DNA of 64,000 bases from an uncultured Gemmatimonadales bacterium (lineage in GTDB: Bacteria; Gemmatimonadota; Gemmatimonadetes; Longimicrobiales; RSA9), in contig OY970192.1 in assembly GCA_963708135.1 (NCBI GenBank), positions 4,640,001 through 4,704,000 of the forward strand, read 5' to 3'. Under the pieces are notes generated by a model. The model had not been told where the DNA came from, did not search any database, and saw nothing but the letters and a program-made list of their open reading frames with translations. Positions 18,806 through 29,705 of this stretch are shown here, piece by piece; position 1 is the first letter of the stretch, and every line of letters starts with the position of its first letter. The position numbers were made by a program, and so were the translations under genes.

Positions 18806-21076
18806 ATGGCATCGCGGCGGCAAGCTGCGCTCGACTATCACGAACAGGGCCGACCGGGGAAGATCGCGGTCGTTCCCACGAAGCCGGTCGGTACCCAGCG
18901 CGACCTCTCGCTGGCGTATACGCCGGGGGTGGCGGAGGCGTGCCGCGCGATCGCGGCCGAGCCGGAGGATGCGTTCCGCTTCACGGCGAAGGGCAACCTC
19001 GTGGCGGTGGTGTCGAACGGCACCGCGGTGCTCGGCCTGGGCGACCTCGGGCCGCTGCCGGCGAAGCCGGTGATGGAGGGGAAGGCGGTGCTCTTCAAGC
19101 GCTTCGCCGACATCGACGTCTTCGACATCGAGGTGGACAGCAAGGACCCGGCGGACGTGATCCGGTTCTGCGAGATGCTGGAGCCGACGGTCGGCGGGAT
19201 CAACCTGGAGGACATCTCGGCGCCGGCGTGCTTCGAGATCGAGGAAACGCTGCGGGGACGGCTGGATATCCCCGTGTTCCACGACGACCAGCACGGTACG
19301 GCGATCATCAGCGGCGCGGCGCTCTTGAACGCCCTGGAGGTGGCGGGGAAGCGGATCGAGGATGTGCGCGTCGTCTTCAGCGGCGCGGGTGCGGCGGCGA
19401 TCGCCACAGCCGAGCACTACATCCGGCTCGGGGTGCTGCGCGAGCACATCCTGCTGTGCGACCGACACGGCGTGATCACGAAGGAGCGTGCGCCGCAGCT
19501 CGACCGCTACAAGGGGCGCTTCGCGCAGGACACGGGGCGGCGCACGCTGGCGGACGCGTTGGAGGGGGCGGACGTGTTCGTCGGGCTGTCCGTGGCCGGG
19601 ACGGTCACGCCGGCGATGGTGGCGGCGATGGCGCCGGACCCGATCGTCTTCGCGCTCGCCAATCCGGACCCGGAGATCACGCCGGAGGAGGTGGCGACGG
19701 TGCGGCAGGACGCCATCATGGCGACGGGGCGCACGGACTACCCGAACCAGGTCAACAACGTGCTTGGCTTCCCCTTCATCTTCCGCGGCGCGCTGGACGT
19801 GCGGGCGCGGGCGGTGAACGACGAGATGAAGCTGGCCGCGACGTACGCGCTGGCGGCGCTGGCCAAGGAGGACGTGCCGGAGGCGGTGGCGGCGGCGTAC
19901 GGCCGGGAGACGTTCCGCTTCGGGCGGGACTACCTGATCCCCAAGCCGTTCGACTCGCGCGTGCTCTTGTGGGTGGCGCCGGCGGTGGCGAAGGCGGCCA
20001 TGGAGACGGGGGTGGCCCGGCTGACGGTGGACCTGGAGGGGTACCGCAACCGGCTGGAGGCGCGGCTGGGGCGGCGGCGCGAGGTGATGCGGGACCTCCT
20101 GCTGAAGGCGCGCCGCGACCCGAAGCGGATCGTCTACCCGGAGGGCGAGAACGACCGGGTGATCCGGGGGGCGGTGCAGGGGGTGGACGAGGGGATCGTG
20201 CGGCCGGTGCTGCTGGGGCGGCCGGCGCGGATCCGCGCCCGGGCGGAGGCGCTGGGGATCAACATCGATGCGCTCGAGCTCCTGAACCCGCAGGAGGACG
20301 AGGAGCGGCAGGAGCGCTATGCACGCAAGCTGTGGCAGCGGCGCCAGCGCAAGGGGATGACGCTGGCCGAGGCGCGCGACCGGACGCGGCTGCCGATCTA
20401 CTTCGCGTGCATGATGCTGGCGGAGGACGATGCGGACGGGATCGTGGCGGGGCAGGACACGAACTATCCCGAGACGATCCGCCCGGCGCTGGAGGTGATC
20501 GGCACGGAGGCGGACGTCCGCCACGTTGCGGGGCTGTACATGATGATCCTGCAGCACGACCTGATGTTCTTCGCGGATACGACGGTGAACATCGATCCGG
20601 ACGCGGAGACGCTGGCCGAGATCGCGCTGCTGGCGGCCGGCTTCGTGCAGCGGCTGGGCGTGACCCCGAACCTCGCCATGCTGAGCTTCTCCAACTTCGG
20701 CTCCTCGCCGCACGAGAAGACGCTGCGCGTGAAGCGGGCGGTGGAGCGCGTGAAGGAGCTGGATCCCGGCCTCGCGGTGGATGGCGAGATGCAGGCGGAC
20801 GCGGCGGTGTTGCCTGAGCTGCTGCGCGAGCACTTCCCATTCAGCACGCTGAAGGAGCGCGCGAACGTGCTCATCTTCCCCGACCTGAACGCGGCGAACA
20901 TTGCCTACAAGCTGCTCTGGCGCGTGGGTGGCGCGGAGGCGATCGGGCCGATCCTTCTGGGGATGGCGCGCCCGGTGCACGTGCTGCAGCGGGGCGCGGA
21001 GGCGGCGGACATCGTGAACCTGACGGCGATCGCGGTGGTGGACGCGCAGCAGCGCTCCAGCGGCGAGCGCCCCTGA
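18806..21076 (+). CDS. maeB: NADP-dependent malic enzyme with PTA-like C-terminal domain
   Basis: [49 protein letters not shown]. Confidence 0.96.
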   Translation: MASRRQAALDYHEQGRPGKIAVVPTKPVGTQRDLSLAYTPGVAEACRAIAAEPEDAFRFTAKGNLVAVVSNGTAVLGLGDLGPLPAKPVMEGKAVLFKRFADIDVFDIEVDSKDPADVIRFCEMLEPTVGGINLEDISAPACFEIEETLRGRLDIPVFHDDQHGTAIISGAALLNALEVAGKRIEDVRVVFSGAGAAAIATAEHYIRLGVLREHILLCDRHGVITKERAPQLDRYKGRFAQDTGRRTLADALEGADVFVGLSVAGTVTPAMVAAMAPDPIVFALANPDPEITPEEVATVRQDAIMATGRTDYPNQVNNVLGFPFIFRGALDVRARAVNDEMKLAATYALAALAKEDVPEAVAAAYGRETFRFGRDYLIPKPFDSRVLLWVAPAVAKAAMETGVARLTVDLEGYRNRLEARLGRRREVMRDLLLKARRDPKRIVYPEGENDRVIRGAVQGVDEGIVRPVLLGRPARIRARAEALGINIDALELLNPQEDEERQERYARKLWQRRQRKGMTLAEARDRTRLPIYFACMMLAEDDADGIVAGQDTNYPETIRPALEVIGTEADVRHVAGLYMMILQHDLMFFADTTVNIDPDAETLAEIALLAAGFVQRLGVTPNLAMLSFSNFGSSPHEKTLRVKRAVERVKELDPGLAVDGEMQADAAVLPELLREHFPFSTLKERANVLIFPDLNAANIAYKLLWRVGGAEAIGPILLGMARPVHVLQRGAEAADIVNLTAIAVVDAQQRSSGERP

Positions 21077-21088
21077 GACGAGGTAGCT

Positions 21089-22678
21089 GTGGCGACGACG
21101 AAGATCCCCGCGCGAGACCTGGGCCTGCACGGGCTCCGCCCGACCGGCCGGGTGCACTGGAACCTGGCGCCCGCCGCGCTGCTCGAGGCGGCGATCCGGA
21201 AGGGCGAAGGCTCGCTCACCGCGCAGGGGGCGTTCGTCGGGGTCACCACGCCGCATACCGGGCGCTCGCCGAAGGACAAGTTCCTCGTGCGCGAGCCCTC
21301 GAGCGAGGCGGACATCGACTGGGGCGCGGTGAACCAGCCGCTCGCGCCGGAGAGCTACGAGCTGCTGAAGGCGGATGTCGTGCGGTACCTCGAGCGGCAG
21401 GAGCTGTTCGTGCGCGACGTGTACGCGGGCGCCGATCCCGACTACCGGCTGAGCGTGCGCATGATCGGGCCGAACGCGTGGCAGAACCTGTTCGTCCACA
21501 ACATGTTCATCGAGCCGGCCGAGGAGGAGCTGGACGGATTCGAGCCGGAGGTCACCATCCTGCACGCCCCCGAGTACAAGGCCGAGCCGGAGCGCCACGG
21601 CACGCGCACCTCGGCGTTCGTCGTGCTGAGCTTCGCCGACCGGGCGGTGCTCATCGGCGGCACCCGCTACGCGGGCGAGATCAAGAAGTCGATCTTCAGC
21701 GTGCTCAACTACCTGCTCCCGCTCCGCGGCGTGCTGCCGATGCACTGCTCGGCGAACGAGGGGGACGCGGGCGACGTCGCCATCTTCTTCGGCCTTTCGG
21801 GGACGGGCAAGACGACGCTCTCGACCGACCCCTCGCGGCACCTGATCGGCGACGACGAGCACGGCTGGTCGGACCACGGCGTCTTCAACTTCGAGGGCGG
21901 CAACTACGCGAAGGCGATCCGGCTCTCCCCCGAGGGCGAGCCGCTGATCTGGGGCGCGAGCCACCGCTTCGGCGCGGTGCTGGAGAACGTGGTGGTGGAC
22001 GAGGCGAGCCGGCTCGTGGAGTGGGACTCCGACGCGATCACGGAGAACACGCGCGCCTCCTATCCGATGTCCTTCATCGAGGGACGGGTCGAGAGCGGGC
22101 GGGCCGGGCATCCGCGGAGCGTGGTGCTGCTCACGGCGGACGCGTTCGGCGTCATGCCGCCGATCGCGCGCCTCACGCCGGAGCAGGCAATGTACCACTT
22201 CCTCTCCGGCTACACGGCCAAGGTGGCTGGCACCGAGCGGGGGGTGACGGAACCGACGGCGACGTTCAGCGCGTGCTTCGGCGCGCCGTTCCTGCCGATG
22301 CACCCGACCGTGTACGCCGGGATGCTCGGAGAGAAGATCGAGGCGCACCACGTCCGTTGCTGGCTGGTGAACACCGGCTGGACGGGCGGCCCCGCGGGCG
22401 TGGGCACGCGCATGAAGCTCGGCTACACGCGGGCCATGGTGGCGGCGGCCCTCTCTGGGGCGCTCGATGCCGTCCCCACACGGGAGGATCCGGTATTCGG
22501 GCTGCACGTCCCGGTGCACGTGCCCGGGGTGCCGTCCGGCGTGCTGGATCCGCGCGGCACCTGGAGCGACCCGGAAGCCTACGACGCGCACGCGCGGAAG
22601 CTCGCCGGCATGTTCCGCGACAACTTCCGGAAGTTCGAGGCCGATGCCGCGGAGGCGGTACGCTCCGCCGGCCCGTGA
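21089..22678 (+). CDS. pckA: phosphoenolpyruvate carboxykinase (ATP)
   Basis: [47 protein letters not shown]. Confidence 0.97.
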   Translation: MATTKIPARDLGLHGLRPTGRVHWNLAPAALLEAAIRKGEGSLTAQGAFVGVTTPHTGRSPKDKFLVREPSSEADIDWGAVNQPLAPESYELLKADVVRYLERQELFVRDVYAGADPDYRLSVRMIGPNAWQNLFVHNMFIEPAEEELDGFEPEVTILHAPEYKAEPERHGTRTSAFVVLSFADRAVLIGGTRYAGEIKKSIFSVLNYLLPLRGVLPMHCSANEGDAGDVAIFFGLSGTGKTTLSTDPSRHLIGDDEHGWSDHGVFNFEGGNYAKAIRLSPEGEPLIWGASHRFGAVLENVVVDEASRLVEWDSDAITENTRASYPMSFIEGRVESGRAGHPRSVVLLTADAFGVMPPIARLTPEQAMYHFLSGYTAKVAGTERGVTEPTATFSACFGAPFLPMHPTVYAGMLGEKIEAHHVRCWLVNTGWTGGPAGVGTRMKLGYTRAMVAAALSGALDAVPTREDPVFGLHVPVHVPGVPSGVLDPRGTWSDPEAYDAHARKLAGMFRDNFRKFEADAAEAVRSAGP

Positions 22679-22688
22679 GCCGCGCGAC

Positions 22689-24047
22689 ATGAGTCACGCG
22701 AAGGCGGTGGTCCTCCGCGATCCCCTGTGGGACACGATCCGGCTCGACTCGATCGCGGTCCGCATCGTCGATTCCGCCGCGTTCCAGCGACTCCGCTACA
22801 TCCGCCAGCTCGGGCTGGCGCACCTCGTCTATCCCGGCGCCACCCACACCCGCTTCGACCACGCGCTCGGCGTCTACCACCTGGCGGGGCGGGCCATGGC
22901 CGTGCTCGGCGAGCGCGGCTCGCTGGCGGATGTCGCGCCCGAGGAGCGGCGCGTGGTCCCGCTCGCCGGGCTGCTCCACGACGTCGGCCATTATCCGTTC
23001 TCGCACGCGGTGGAGGAGCTCGAGGAGGGGCGGATCCCCGGGCACCACGAGGCCGTGGTCGGCCGTTTCCTGGCCGACGCCAATGTGGCCGCCGCGCTGG
23101 AGGAGGCCGCGCGAGATGCGGCCGCGCGGGTGGAAGCGCTCATCCGCGGCCGCTCCGCGAGCGTGCTCCAGGGGCTGGTCAGCGGCAGCCTCGACCTCGA
23201 CAAGATCGAGTACCTCAAGCGCGATGCCCACTTCTGCGGCGTGCCCTACGGCGAGGTGGACGTGGACCGGCTGCTGTACGCGCTCGCGCTGCTGCGCGAC
23301 CCGGACAGCGGGCGGGTGGAGGTGGGGGTACACGAGAAGGGCGTCGCCGCGCTCGAGTCGCTGCTCTTCTCGAAGTACCAAATGTTCCGCAACGTCTACT
23401 GGCACCACGCCGTGCGGGCGGCGACGGTGATGTACAAGCGGGTCGTGAACGATGCGCTGGATGCCGGCCTCCTGGGCTCGGAGGAGCTGGTCGGCCAGAC
23501 CGACGAGGCCCTGCTCTTCCTGCTGGAGGAGCGCGCCCGGGCCCGTGCCGAAGACTCGCCGGACGCGGCGCGGGTCGGCCGCTGGTTGGCCGCGCTGCGG
23601 GCGCGGCGCCTGCCCAAGCGGGCGGCCGAGGTGACCGCGGCGGAGGTGGCCGCTGTGGCGGGCACGGGCCCCGCCGACTGGCTGGCCACGGACTCCCCGC
23701 TCAAGCGGCGGGCGGAGGACCGGATCGCCGTCGAGCTCGGCCTCGGGCCGGGCGAGGTGTACCTGGACTATCCGGAGAAGCGGGCCATGTTCGGCCTGGA
23801 CCTGCTCGTCCAGCGGCGCTCGGGCGAGGTGCTGCGGCTGGGGCCGAGCGGCCGCGCGGGGCTGATCCGCCTGCCGCGCGTGGCCGAGGAGCTGTACCAG
23901 ACCGCGCGCGTGCTCCGGCTCTTCACCTGGGGCGCGCGGCGCGAGGTGGACCCGCGTGGTCTGGCGAGGTTGTCCGCGCTGGACGCTGCGGCGCTGGAGG
24001 CGCGGATGGCGGGCGAGGGGGTACTGCTGGGGCAAGCGCCCGGCTAG
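22689..24047 (+). CDS. HD-domain phosphohydrolase (SAMHD1/dNTPase-like)
   Basis: FQRLRYIRQLG, HTRFDHALGV, LLHDVGHYPFSH, DLDKIEYLKRD. Confidence 0.9.
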   Translation: MSHAKAVVLRDPLWDTIRLDSIAVRIVDSAAFQRLRYIRQLGLAHLVYPGATHTRFDHALGVYHLAGRAMAVLGERGSLADVAPEERRVVPLAGLLHDVGHYPFSHAVEELEEGRIPGHHEAVVGRFLADANVAAALEEAARDAAARVEALIRGRSASVLQGLVSGSLDLDKIEYLKRDAHFCGVPYGEVDVDRLLYALALLRDPDSGRVEVGVHEKGVAALESLLFSKYQMFRNVYWHHAVRAATVMYKRVVNDALDAGLLGSEELVGQTDEALLFLLEERARARAEDSPDAARVGRWLAALRARRLPKRAAEVTAAEVAAVAGTGPADWLATDSPLKRRAEDRIAVELGLGPGEVYLDYPEKRAMFGLDLLVQRRSGEVLRLGPSGRAGLIRLPRVAEELYQTARVLRLFTWGARREVDPRGLARLSALDAAALEARMAGEGVLLGQAPG

Positions 24048-26069
24048 CCCGAAGTTCCAGCGCGAGATTGGTATTAACTTGTTGCTGCCGATGCGGTTAG
24101 CTCTGGCAGCGGGTGCTTCGGTTCTGTCTACAACCGGCCGGAGAGCCCCAGGAGCTCGAAAGCTCGGCGCTGCAGGGGCGTCGGTTCAGTGACGAGATCG
24201 AAGGTGGCCTCCGCGAGGCCGGGTGGGCTGCAGCGGTTCCTGGCGAGCGTGGCGAGGTCGGCCATGAGAGTGTGGAAGTCGTGGACGACCTCGCCGTTCT
24301 GCGTCCGCTTGGTGGCCGCCTTCTCCTCGGCGCCCCGGGAGCGCTGCGCCCGCGCGACGACCGAGGGGCGGCGGGCGCGGCCGGCGTCGGGCTCTCCGTC
24401 GCGGAAGAGGAGCGGAGCGAGGGCGCCCTGCATGTGCCAGAGGACATAGTAGGCCAGCATGCAGAGGAAGACGTGCGCGCGGACCCGGTCCGGGAGCCGG
24501 TGGTGAATCGGCCGCACCTCGAGGTCCACGGTTTTGAAACTGCGGAAGGCGCGCTCGATCCGGGCGAGATCCTTGTAGGCCTGGACGGCTGCCTCGCTGC
24601 CCAGCATGTCCGCGGGCACGCTGGTGCGGATCACGTAGACGCCGTCGAGGCTCGCTTCGCCCTCGATGCGCTCGGTGTTGCGGCGAAAGGTGAAACTCTC
24701 GTCGGTGATCTCGTAGTAGAAGTGCTTGCCCATCTTGTAGCGGCCGAGCACCCGGCCCACCCGGATCCCGATGGTGTCTTTGCCACGGAGCGGTCGGCGT
24801 TCGCGCAGGGTGGCCTTGCGGATCTTCTCCAACTCCCGCTCCGTACAGGCGAGCAGTTCGGCTCGCTTGCGCGCCCGCTCCTCGGCCAGGAAGGGATTCT
24901 TGCAGGCGATGAGCCGCTCTCCCGGGTGGTCTGCCGAGGTGATCTCAAAGAGGTCTTGCTCGTCGAAGAGCGAGAGCTGAAGCACCTCTTCCTCGACGAG
25001 GCTCGCAATGGCGGGAGCGCGCAGCGCACTGATCCAATCCAGCCCCTCCACCGGCCGCAGTTCGTCGCGGATGCGCGCCTCGGTGAGGAGCCCCCGGTCC
25101 GCCACAAACACCACCCGCCTCAGTCCGAAGCGGTCGCGCACCTTGTGGATCGCCGCGGCAAGCGTGGTCGGATCCGCCGTGTTGCCGGGGAACACCTCCA
25201 CGGCCACCGGACAGCCGTCGCCGGCGCACAACAGCCCGACCACGATCTGCAGCTTGTCTTTCTTCCCGTCGCGGCTGTGGCCGAGCTTGGCCAACGGGCA
25301 GCTGCGCCCTTCGAAGTACGTGGATGTCACGTCGTAGAGGAGCAGCGTGCCCTCCTTCAAGTGCCGCTCGGCCAGTGTGCGCTCGATCCGCCCCTGCCGC
25401 TGCCCCAGCCAGTCCAGCGCCGGATAGAGATCGTCCGCCGTAACCTCTCCCAGCTCGAGCACCTCCCCGAGCGTCGAGGTGGCCGTCGCCCGGGCCAGCC
25501 GGCGGGCGGTGGCCAGCTTCGAGGAAGGCTCCAGGATCCGGGAGACGATCATGCCCACCACCCGGTCCCGCTCGGGCGTGCGCCGGCTCGAGAGCAGCCG
25601 CTCGAGCCCCAGCTTCCGAAGCGTTCCCAGCACGGCCACCACATGCCCGTGCGGCAGGGTCCGCAGAACCCGCACACCCGCCTCCTCGGCGGGCACGAAG
25701 CGCTCGCCCCGCAACGCCCTCCGCACGAGCTCGATCACCGCGGGCGGCAGGTGCGAGATGTTGCCGACGGTCTCGTTCTTGACCTTGCCGCCTTCGCGGT
25801 ACGTGCGGCGCAGCAGGTGAGTGACGTAGACCTTGCCCTTGTAGTGGCGGCGGGAGGTGGCCACGTGGACGGGGCCGGACCGAGCGGGCAAGGGGCAGCT
25901 CCGGGCGCATGGTTACCGTCTACAGTACACATGAAGCTACAGATTGGGGTGCACCCATGTCAATGGTCTTGATAGCTTCACGTTAGTGACTACATCCTGC
26001 AGTGCGAAATGGGGCTCAACCCCTTGCCCACCAAAGGATTGCACCCCTATCGTCCGGCGGAACTTCCGG
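24048..26069 (-). mobile_element. IS1634 family insertion sequence (~2022 bp)
   Basis: 11-bp terminal IRs CCCGAAGTTCC / GGAACTTCCGG (10/11); CTAG on both sides (24044-24047, 26070-26073); AT-richer ends. Confidence 0.9.
24128..25891 (-). CDS. IS1634 family DDE transposase
   Basis: LLRRTYREGGKVKNETV, LYDVTSTYFEG, VADRGL, IERAFRSFK, RVRAHVFLCMLAY; TTG start with GGAG SD. Confidence 0.93.
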   Translation of the reverse strand: MPARSGPVHVATSRRHYKGKVYVTHLLRRTYREGGKVKNETVGNISHLPPAVIELVRRALRGERFVPAEEAGVRVLRTLPHGHVVAVLGTLRKLGLERLLSSRRTPERDRVVGMIVSRILEPSSKLATARRLARATATSTLGEVLELGEVTADDLYPALDWLGQRQGRIERTLAERHLKEGTLLLYDVTSTYFEGRSCPLAKLGHSRDGKKDKLQIVVGLLCAGDGCPVAVEVFPGNTADPTTLAAAIHKVRDRFGLRRVVFVADRGLLTEARIRDELRPVEGLDWISALRAPAIASLVEEEVLQLSLFDEQDLFEITSADHPGERLIACKNPFLAEERARKRAELLACTERELEKIRKATLRERRPLRGKDTIGIRVGRVLGRYKMGKHFYYEITDESFTFRRNTERIEGEASLDGVYVIRTSVPADMLGSEAAVQAYKDLARIERAFRSFKTVDLEVRPIHHRLPDRVRAHVFLCMLAYYVLWHMQGALAPLLFRDGEPDAGRARRPSVVARAQRSRGAEEKAATKRTQNGEVVHDFHTLMADLATLARNRCSPPGLAEATFDLVTEPTPLQRRAFELLGLSGRL

Positions 26070-26819
26070 CTAGCGCGGGGGTGACTCGGCGGCGAGCACG
26101 ACGACGGTGATGTTGTCGTGGCCGCCGCGGTCGTTGGCGGCGGCAATGAGCGCGGCGGCGGCGGCGGCGGGAGCGGGCTCGGCGAGCAGGATGTCGCGGA
26201 TGGCGCGGTCGCCGAGCATGGCGGTGAGGCCATCGGAGCAGAGCAGGAGGCGGTCTCCGGGTTGGCAGCGGCCGCGTCGGATGTCCGCCTTCACGGTCGG
26301 CTCGGTGCCGAGGGCGCGGGTCACGATGTTCGAGAAGGGGTGGACGCGCGCCTGGCCGCGCGTCAGGTGGCCGAGCGCGATCTGCTCCTGGACCCAGGTG
26401 TGGTCGGTGGTCAGCTGCCGGAGGCGGCCCTCCCGGAGCCCGTAGGCGCGCGAGTCGCCGACCTGGGCGAGCACGTAGCCGGTGCCATCCTCGACCAGGA
26501 CGAGCGCCGTGATGGTGGTGCCCATCCCCTTCTTGTCGGGCTCCCGCTCCGAGCGCTCGAAGATCCCGCGGTTGGCGGCCCGCACGGCGGCGGCGAGGGC
26601 GCGGGCGACCTGGATCGGCGCGCCCGCCGGGGGCGCGGCCTCCAGGAATCGCTCGCTCGCGATCTCGACGGCCATGTGGCTGGCCACCTCGCCGGCGGCG
26701 TGACCACCCATCCCGTCCGCCACGATGAAGAGTCCCGCATCGGGGCGGAGCAGGAAGGCGTCCTCGTTGCCGGCCCTGTGGCGGCCCCGGTCGGTTTGCG
26801 CGGCATCTTCCCAGTTCAC
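26070..26819 (-). CDS. PP2C/Stp1 Ser/Thr protein phosphatase
   Basis: NEDA, VADGMGGH, GMGTT, VGDSRAY, LCSDGL, GGHDNITV. Confidence 0.95.
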   Translation of the reverse strand: MNWEDAAQTDRGRHRAGNEDAFLLRPDAGLFIVADGMGGHAAGEVASHMAVEIASERFLEAAPPAGAPIQVARALAAAVRAANRGIFERSEREPDKKGMGTTITALVLVEDGTGYVLAQVGDSRAYGLREGRLRQLTTDHTWVQEQIALGHLTRGQARVHPFSNIVTRALGTEPTVKADIRRGRCQPGDRLLLCSDGLTAMLGDRAIRDILLAEPAPAAAAAALIAAANDRGGHDNITVVVLAAESPPR

Positions 26820-26825
26820 GCGGCA

Positions 26826-26854
26826 AGGCTAAGGAACGGCAGGGGGGCCGGCAA
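26826..26854 (-). promoter_or_regulatory. sigma-70-type promoter, probably leaderless PP2C transcript
   Basis: TTGCCG-17-TAGCCT with the GTG start 6 nt downstream. Confidence 0.55.
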
Positions 26855-26865
26855 GACCACGCGAG

Positions 26866-26881
26866 CGGCACGCGGATTGCC
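26866..26881 (+). promoter_or_regulatory. sigma-54 promoter candidate
   Basis: CGGCACGCGGATTGCC, exact GG-N10-GC spacing. Confidence 0.6.
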
Positions 26882-26912
26882 CCCCGTCGGCGCGACCCGC
26901 GGGAGGCCCGGA

Positions 26913-27452
26913 ATGTCGAGACCAAGCCCAAGACTCGCGCTCGCGCTGATGGCGGCGGCCTGCCTGGCCGCGTGCCGGGCGCGCACGGAGGAGGACAGCA
27001 CGCCGGCGGTACCCGTGTCGGTGCCGATCGGACTCGCCGGGGACACGGTGCCGCTCACGCGCCGGGCGGTCGAGCTGCGCAGCCAGGTGGACAGCGCCCT
27101 CGATCAGGGCTCCGGGCTCGATGCGGGGCTCGTCTACCGCATCGCTACGGTGAGCGACGAGATGGCGGTCAGCCGCCTGCCGTTCGCGTGGAGCAGGGAC
27201 CGCTACGACCTGGGCGGCCGGTTGCGCGAGATCCAGGCGATGGCCGCGCGGATCACCGCCGAGGTGCGCCGCGACCTGGAGCCGGACAGCATCCGCCCGG
27301 ACCTCACGACGCTCCGCGCCGAGATCGAGAGGCTGCGTACCGAGCTCGCGGAGGGCGGCGGGCCGGCGCCTCCGTCGCTGGACTCCCTGCTGCGGGGGTA
27401 CGCCAAGGAGCACACGGTCTCGGTCCCCACCGGCGCCGGCCCGGTCGAGTAG
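26913..27452 (+). CDS. hypothetical helical lipoprotein
   Basis: GGGAGG SD; lipobox LAAC; codon usage consistent with neighbours. Confidence 0.7.
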   Translation: MSRPSPRLALALMAAACLAACRARTEEDSTPAVPVSVPIGLAGDTVPLTRRAVELRSQVDSALDQGSGLDAGLVYRIATVSDEMAVSRLPFAWSRDRYDLGGRLREIQAMAARITAEVRRDLEPDSIRPDLTTLRAEIERLRTELAEGGGPAPPSLDSLLRGYAKEHTVSVPTGAGPVE

Positions 27453-27719
27453 CGGGCGCGCGTGCCGGCGCCGTGGCGGGCCTGGCGCCGCGCGGTCGGC
27501 GTCCGAGCCCCGGCGTTCCCCGACGCCGTCGCCCCGGCCGGGGCGATCTCCGGGGACATTTTGACAAGAGGGTTGCGCGCCGGCGCGGGAGACGTATCTT
27601 GCGGACCCTTTGTCCGGGGCGGCCGAGGCGGGCGGAACCCATTCCGGGCAGCAGGGGTTACATGCAGCGAAGGCAGCCCGCCCGCGTGCGCGAAGGCGCT
27701 CGTCGGGCGGCTTTACCAT

Positions 27720-27735
27720 AGGCAGAGTCCTTGCA
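27720..27735 (+). promoter_or_regulatory. sigma-54 promoter candidate upstream of second sigma-70 gene
   Basis: AGGCAGAGTCCTTGCA, exact GG-N10-GC spacing. Confidence 0.5.
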
Positions 27736-27810
27736 TCCTTTCGGCACGCAGCGAACGGGCGCGGCAGGCCAGGACCGAGCGCGGACGCGCTGGAAAGTGG
27801 ACGGGAATAG

Positions 27811-28719
27811 ATGGCTGGCACGACGGACACACCGAAACGGCGCCGGCGCCGGTCGGCGGGCACGCCTGCGACGCAGTTCTACGCGGCGCACGAGGAAAAG
27901 AACGCCCTCGACCAGTACCTCCGTGACGTAAGTCGCCACGAGCTCCTGACGCCGGAGGAGGAGATCGAGCTGGGCCATCGTGCGCTGGCCGGGGACGAGG
28001 ACGCGGTGCAGCGCCTGGTCCGCGCGAACCTGCGGTTCGTGATCAGTGTGGCAAAAAAGTATCAGAACCGCGGCGTCACGCTGATCGACCTGATCCAGGA
28101 GGGGAACGTCGGGCTGGTGACGGCGGCCCGGAAGTTCGATCCGGACCAGGGCGTGAAGTTCATCTCGTACGCCGTGTGGTGGATCCGGCAGGCGATCCTC
28201 TCCGCGCTGGCCAACCAGGGCCGTGCGGTGCGGGTCCCGCTCAACCGGGCGAGCGATCTCGCGCGCATCTTCCGCGAGCGTGAGCGGCTCAAGCAGGAGC
28301 TGCGCCGCGACCCGTCCAACGAGGAGCTCGCGAGGGCGGCCAAGCTGACGCCGGAGGTGGTGCGGCAGCTCCAGACGCTGAACGCGGCGGAGATCCGGCT
28401 GGACGCGCCGATCGGGGACAGCGACGACAGTCAACTCGTCGAGCGCTTCATCGTGGACGAGGCGGCCGAGCCGGAGCTCGCGGTCGAGGAGCGCATGCTC
28501 TCGGAGCAGATCGAGCGCGCGCTCGACACGCTGACGCCGCGCGACGCGCGCGTGCTCCGGCTCTACTTCGGGCTGGAGAGCGGCCGCGAGCACACCCTGG
28601 AGGAGATCGGCAACATGCTGGGCGTCACGCGCGAGCGCGTGCGCCAGCTCCGCGACCGAGCCCTCAAGCGCCTGCGCGAGGGGGATCTCGGCACGGCGCT
28701 GGAGAGCTTCGCCGCATAG
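27811..28719 (+). CDS. RNA polymerase sigma-70 factor, RpoD/SigA-like paralogue
   Basis: LDQYLRDV, ANLRFVISVAKKY, DLIQEGNVGL, KFISYAVWWIRQ, LGVTRERVRQL. Confidence 0.95.
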   Translation: MAGTTDTPKRRRRRSAGTPATQFYAAHEEKNALDQYLRDVSRHELLTPEEEIELGHRALAGDEDAVQRLVRANLRFVISVAKKYQNRGVTLIDLIQEGNVGLVTAARKFDPDQGVKFISYAVWWIRQAILSALANQGRAVRVPLNRASDLARIFRERERLKQELRRDPSNEELARAAKLTPEVVRQLQTLNAAEIRLDAPIGDSDDSQLVERFIVDEAAEPELAVEERMLSEQIERALDTLTPRDARVLRLYFGLESGREHTLEEIGNMLGVTRERVRQLRDRALKRLREGDLGTALESFAA

Positions 28720-28730
28720 CGCCGGGCGCG

Positions 28731-29696
28731 GTGTCCGCTCCGCCCGGCTCGGACTCGGCAACGCGCGCGGCGCGGCCGCTGCACGGCATCGTCGCCCGGG
28801 CCGGCGGCGGGACCTACCGGGTCTGGCTGGAGACCGGCGAGCAGGTCGAGGCGACGCTGCGCGGCCGACTCAAGCTCGAGCAGCGGACCGGCGACCGCGT
28901 CACCGCCGGCGATCGGGTCGCCATCCAGCACGGCGCGGACGGCGCGGCCACGATCGAGGAAGTCGAGGAGCGGGAGAGCGAGCTCGCCCGCCGTGCCCCG
29001 GGAGCCGGGACGCGGCGGGCGAAGATCATCGTGGCCAACGTGGAGCAGGTCGTCGTCGTGCTGGCGGCCGCCCGCCCCGAGGCCAACCTGCGCATGCTCG
29101 ACCGCTTCCTCGTGGTGGCCGAGAGCAACTACCTCCCCGCGGTCATCGTCGTCAACAAGACCGATCTGGTCCCGCCCGGCGCCGTGGAGGCGCGCTTCGC
29201 GGCGTATGCGGCCGCCGGCTACGCGGTGCTGCCCACCAGCGCCGGCACGGGCGAGGGCGTCGCGGCCCTGCGCGACCTCGTCTGCGGTCACACCAGCGTC
29301 TTCACCGGCCCGTCCGGGGTGGGCAAATCCACGCTGCTCAACGAGATCGAGCCGGGGCTCTCGCTTCGCACCGCCGCCGTGAGCGAAGCGGTGGGCAAGG
29401 GACAGCACACCACCGTGGCGGCCGAGCTCATCCCGCTCGCGTGCGGCGGGTGGGTGGCCGACACGCCCGGCCTGCGCGAGCTCGGCCTGTGGGGCGTTCC
29501 GGCCGAGGACGTGGAGCGCTGCTTCCCGGAGATGGAGCCCTACCTCGGCCGCTGCCGCTTCGCCTCGTGCAGCCACACGCACGAGCCGGAATGCGCGGTC
29601 CGGGAGGCGGTCGAGGCCGGCGAGATCGACGCCGCGCGCTACCGCAGCTATGCCGACCTGCGCGCCGAGATGGTCGAGGCCGCCAGGCGCGGGTAG
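28731..29696 (+). CDS. rsgA: ribosome small subunit-dependent GTPase A
   Basis: Circularly permuted GTPase NKTD, GPSGVGKST, GQHTT, DTPG; zinc motif CRFASCSHTHEPEC. Confidence 0.96.
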   Translation: MSAPPGSDSATRAARPLHGIVARAGGGTYRVWLETGEQVEATLRGRLKLEQRTGDRVTAGDRVAIQHGADGAATIEEVEERESELARRAPGAGTRRAKIIVANVEQVVVVLAAARPEANLRMLDRFLVVAESNYLPAVIVVNKTDLVPPGAVEARFAAYAAAGYAVLPTSAGTGEGVAALRDLVCGHTSVFTGPSGVGKSTLLNEIEPGLSLRTAAVSEAVGKGQHTTVAAELIPLACGGWVADTPGLRELGLWGVPAEDVERCFPEMEPYLGRCRFASCSHTHEPECAVREAVEAGEIDAARYRSYADLRAEMVEAARRG

Positions 29697-29705
29697 GGGG
29701 CGGCC

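Noticed and set aside
24945..25910. Upstream ATG ORF implying a programmed frameshift in the transposase
   Set aside because: The TTG start has its own SD and gives a complete IS1634 N-terminus
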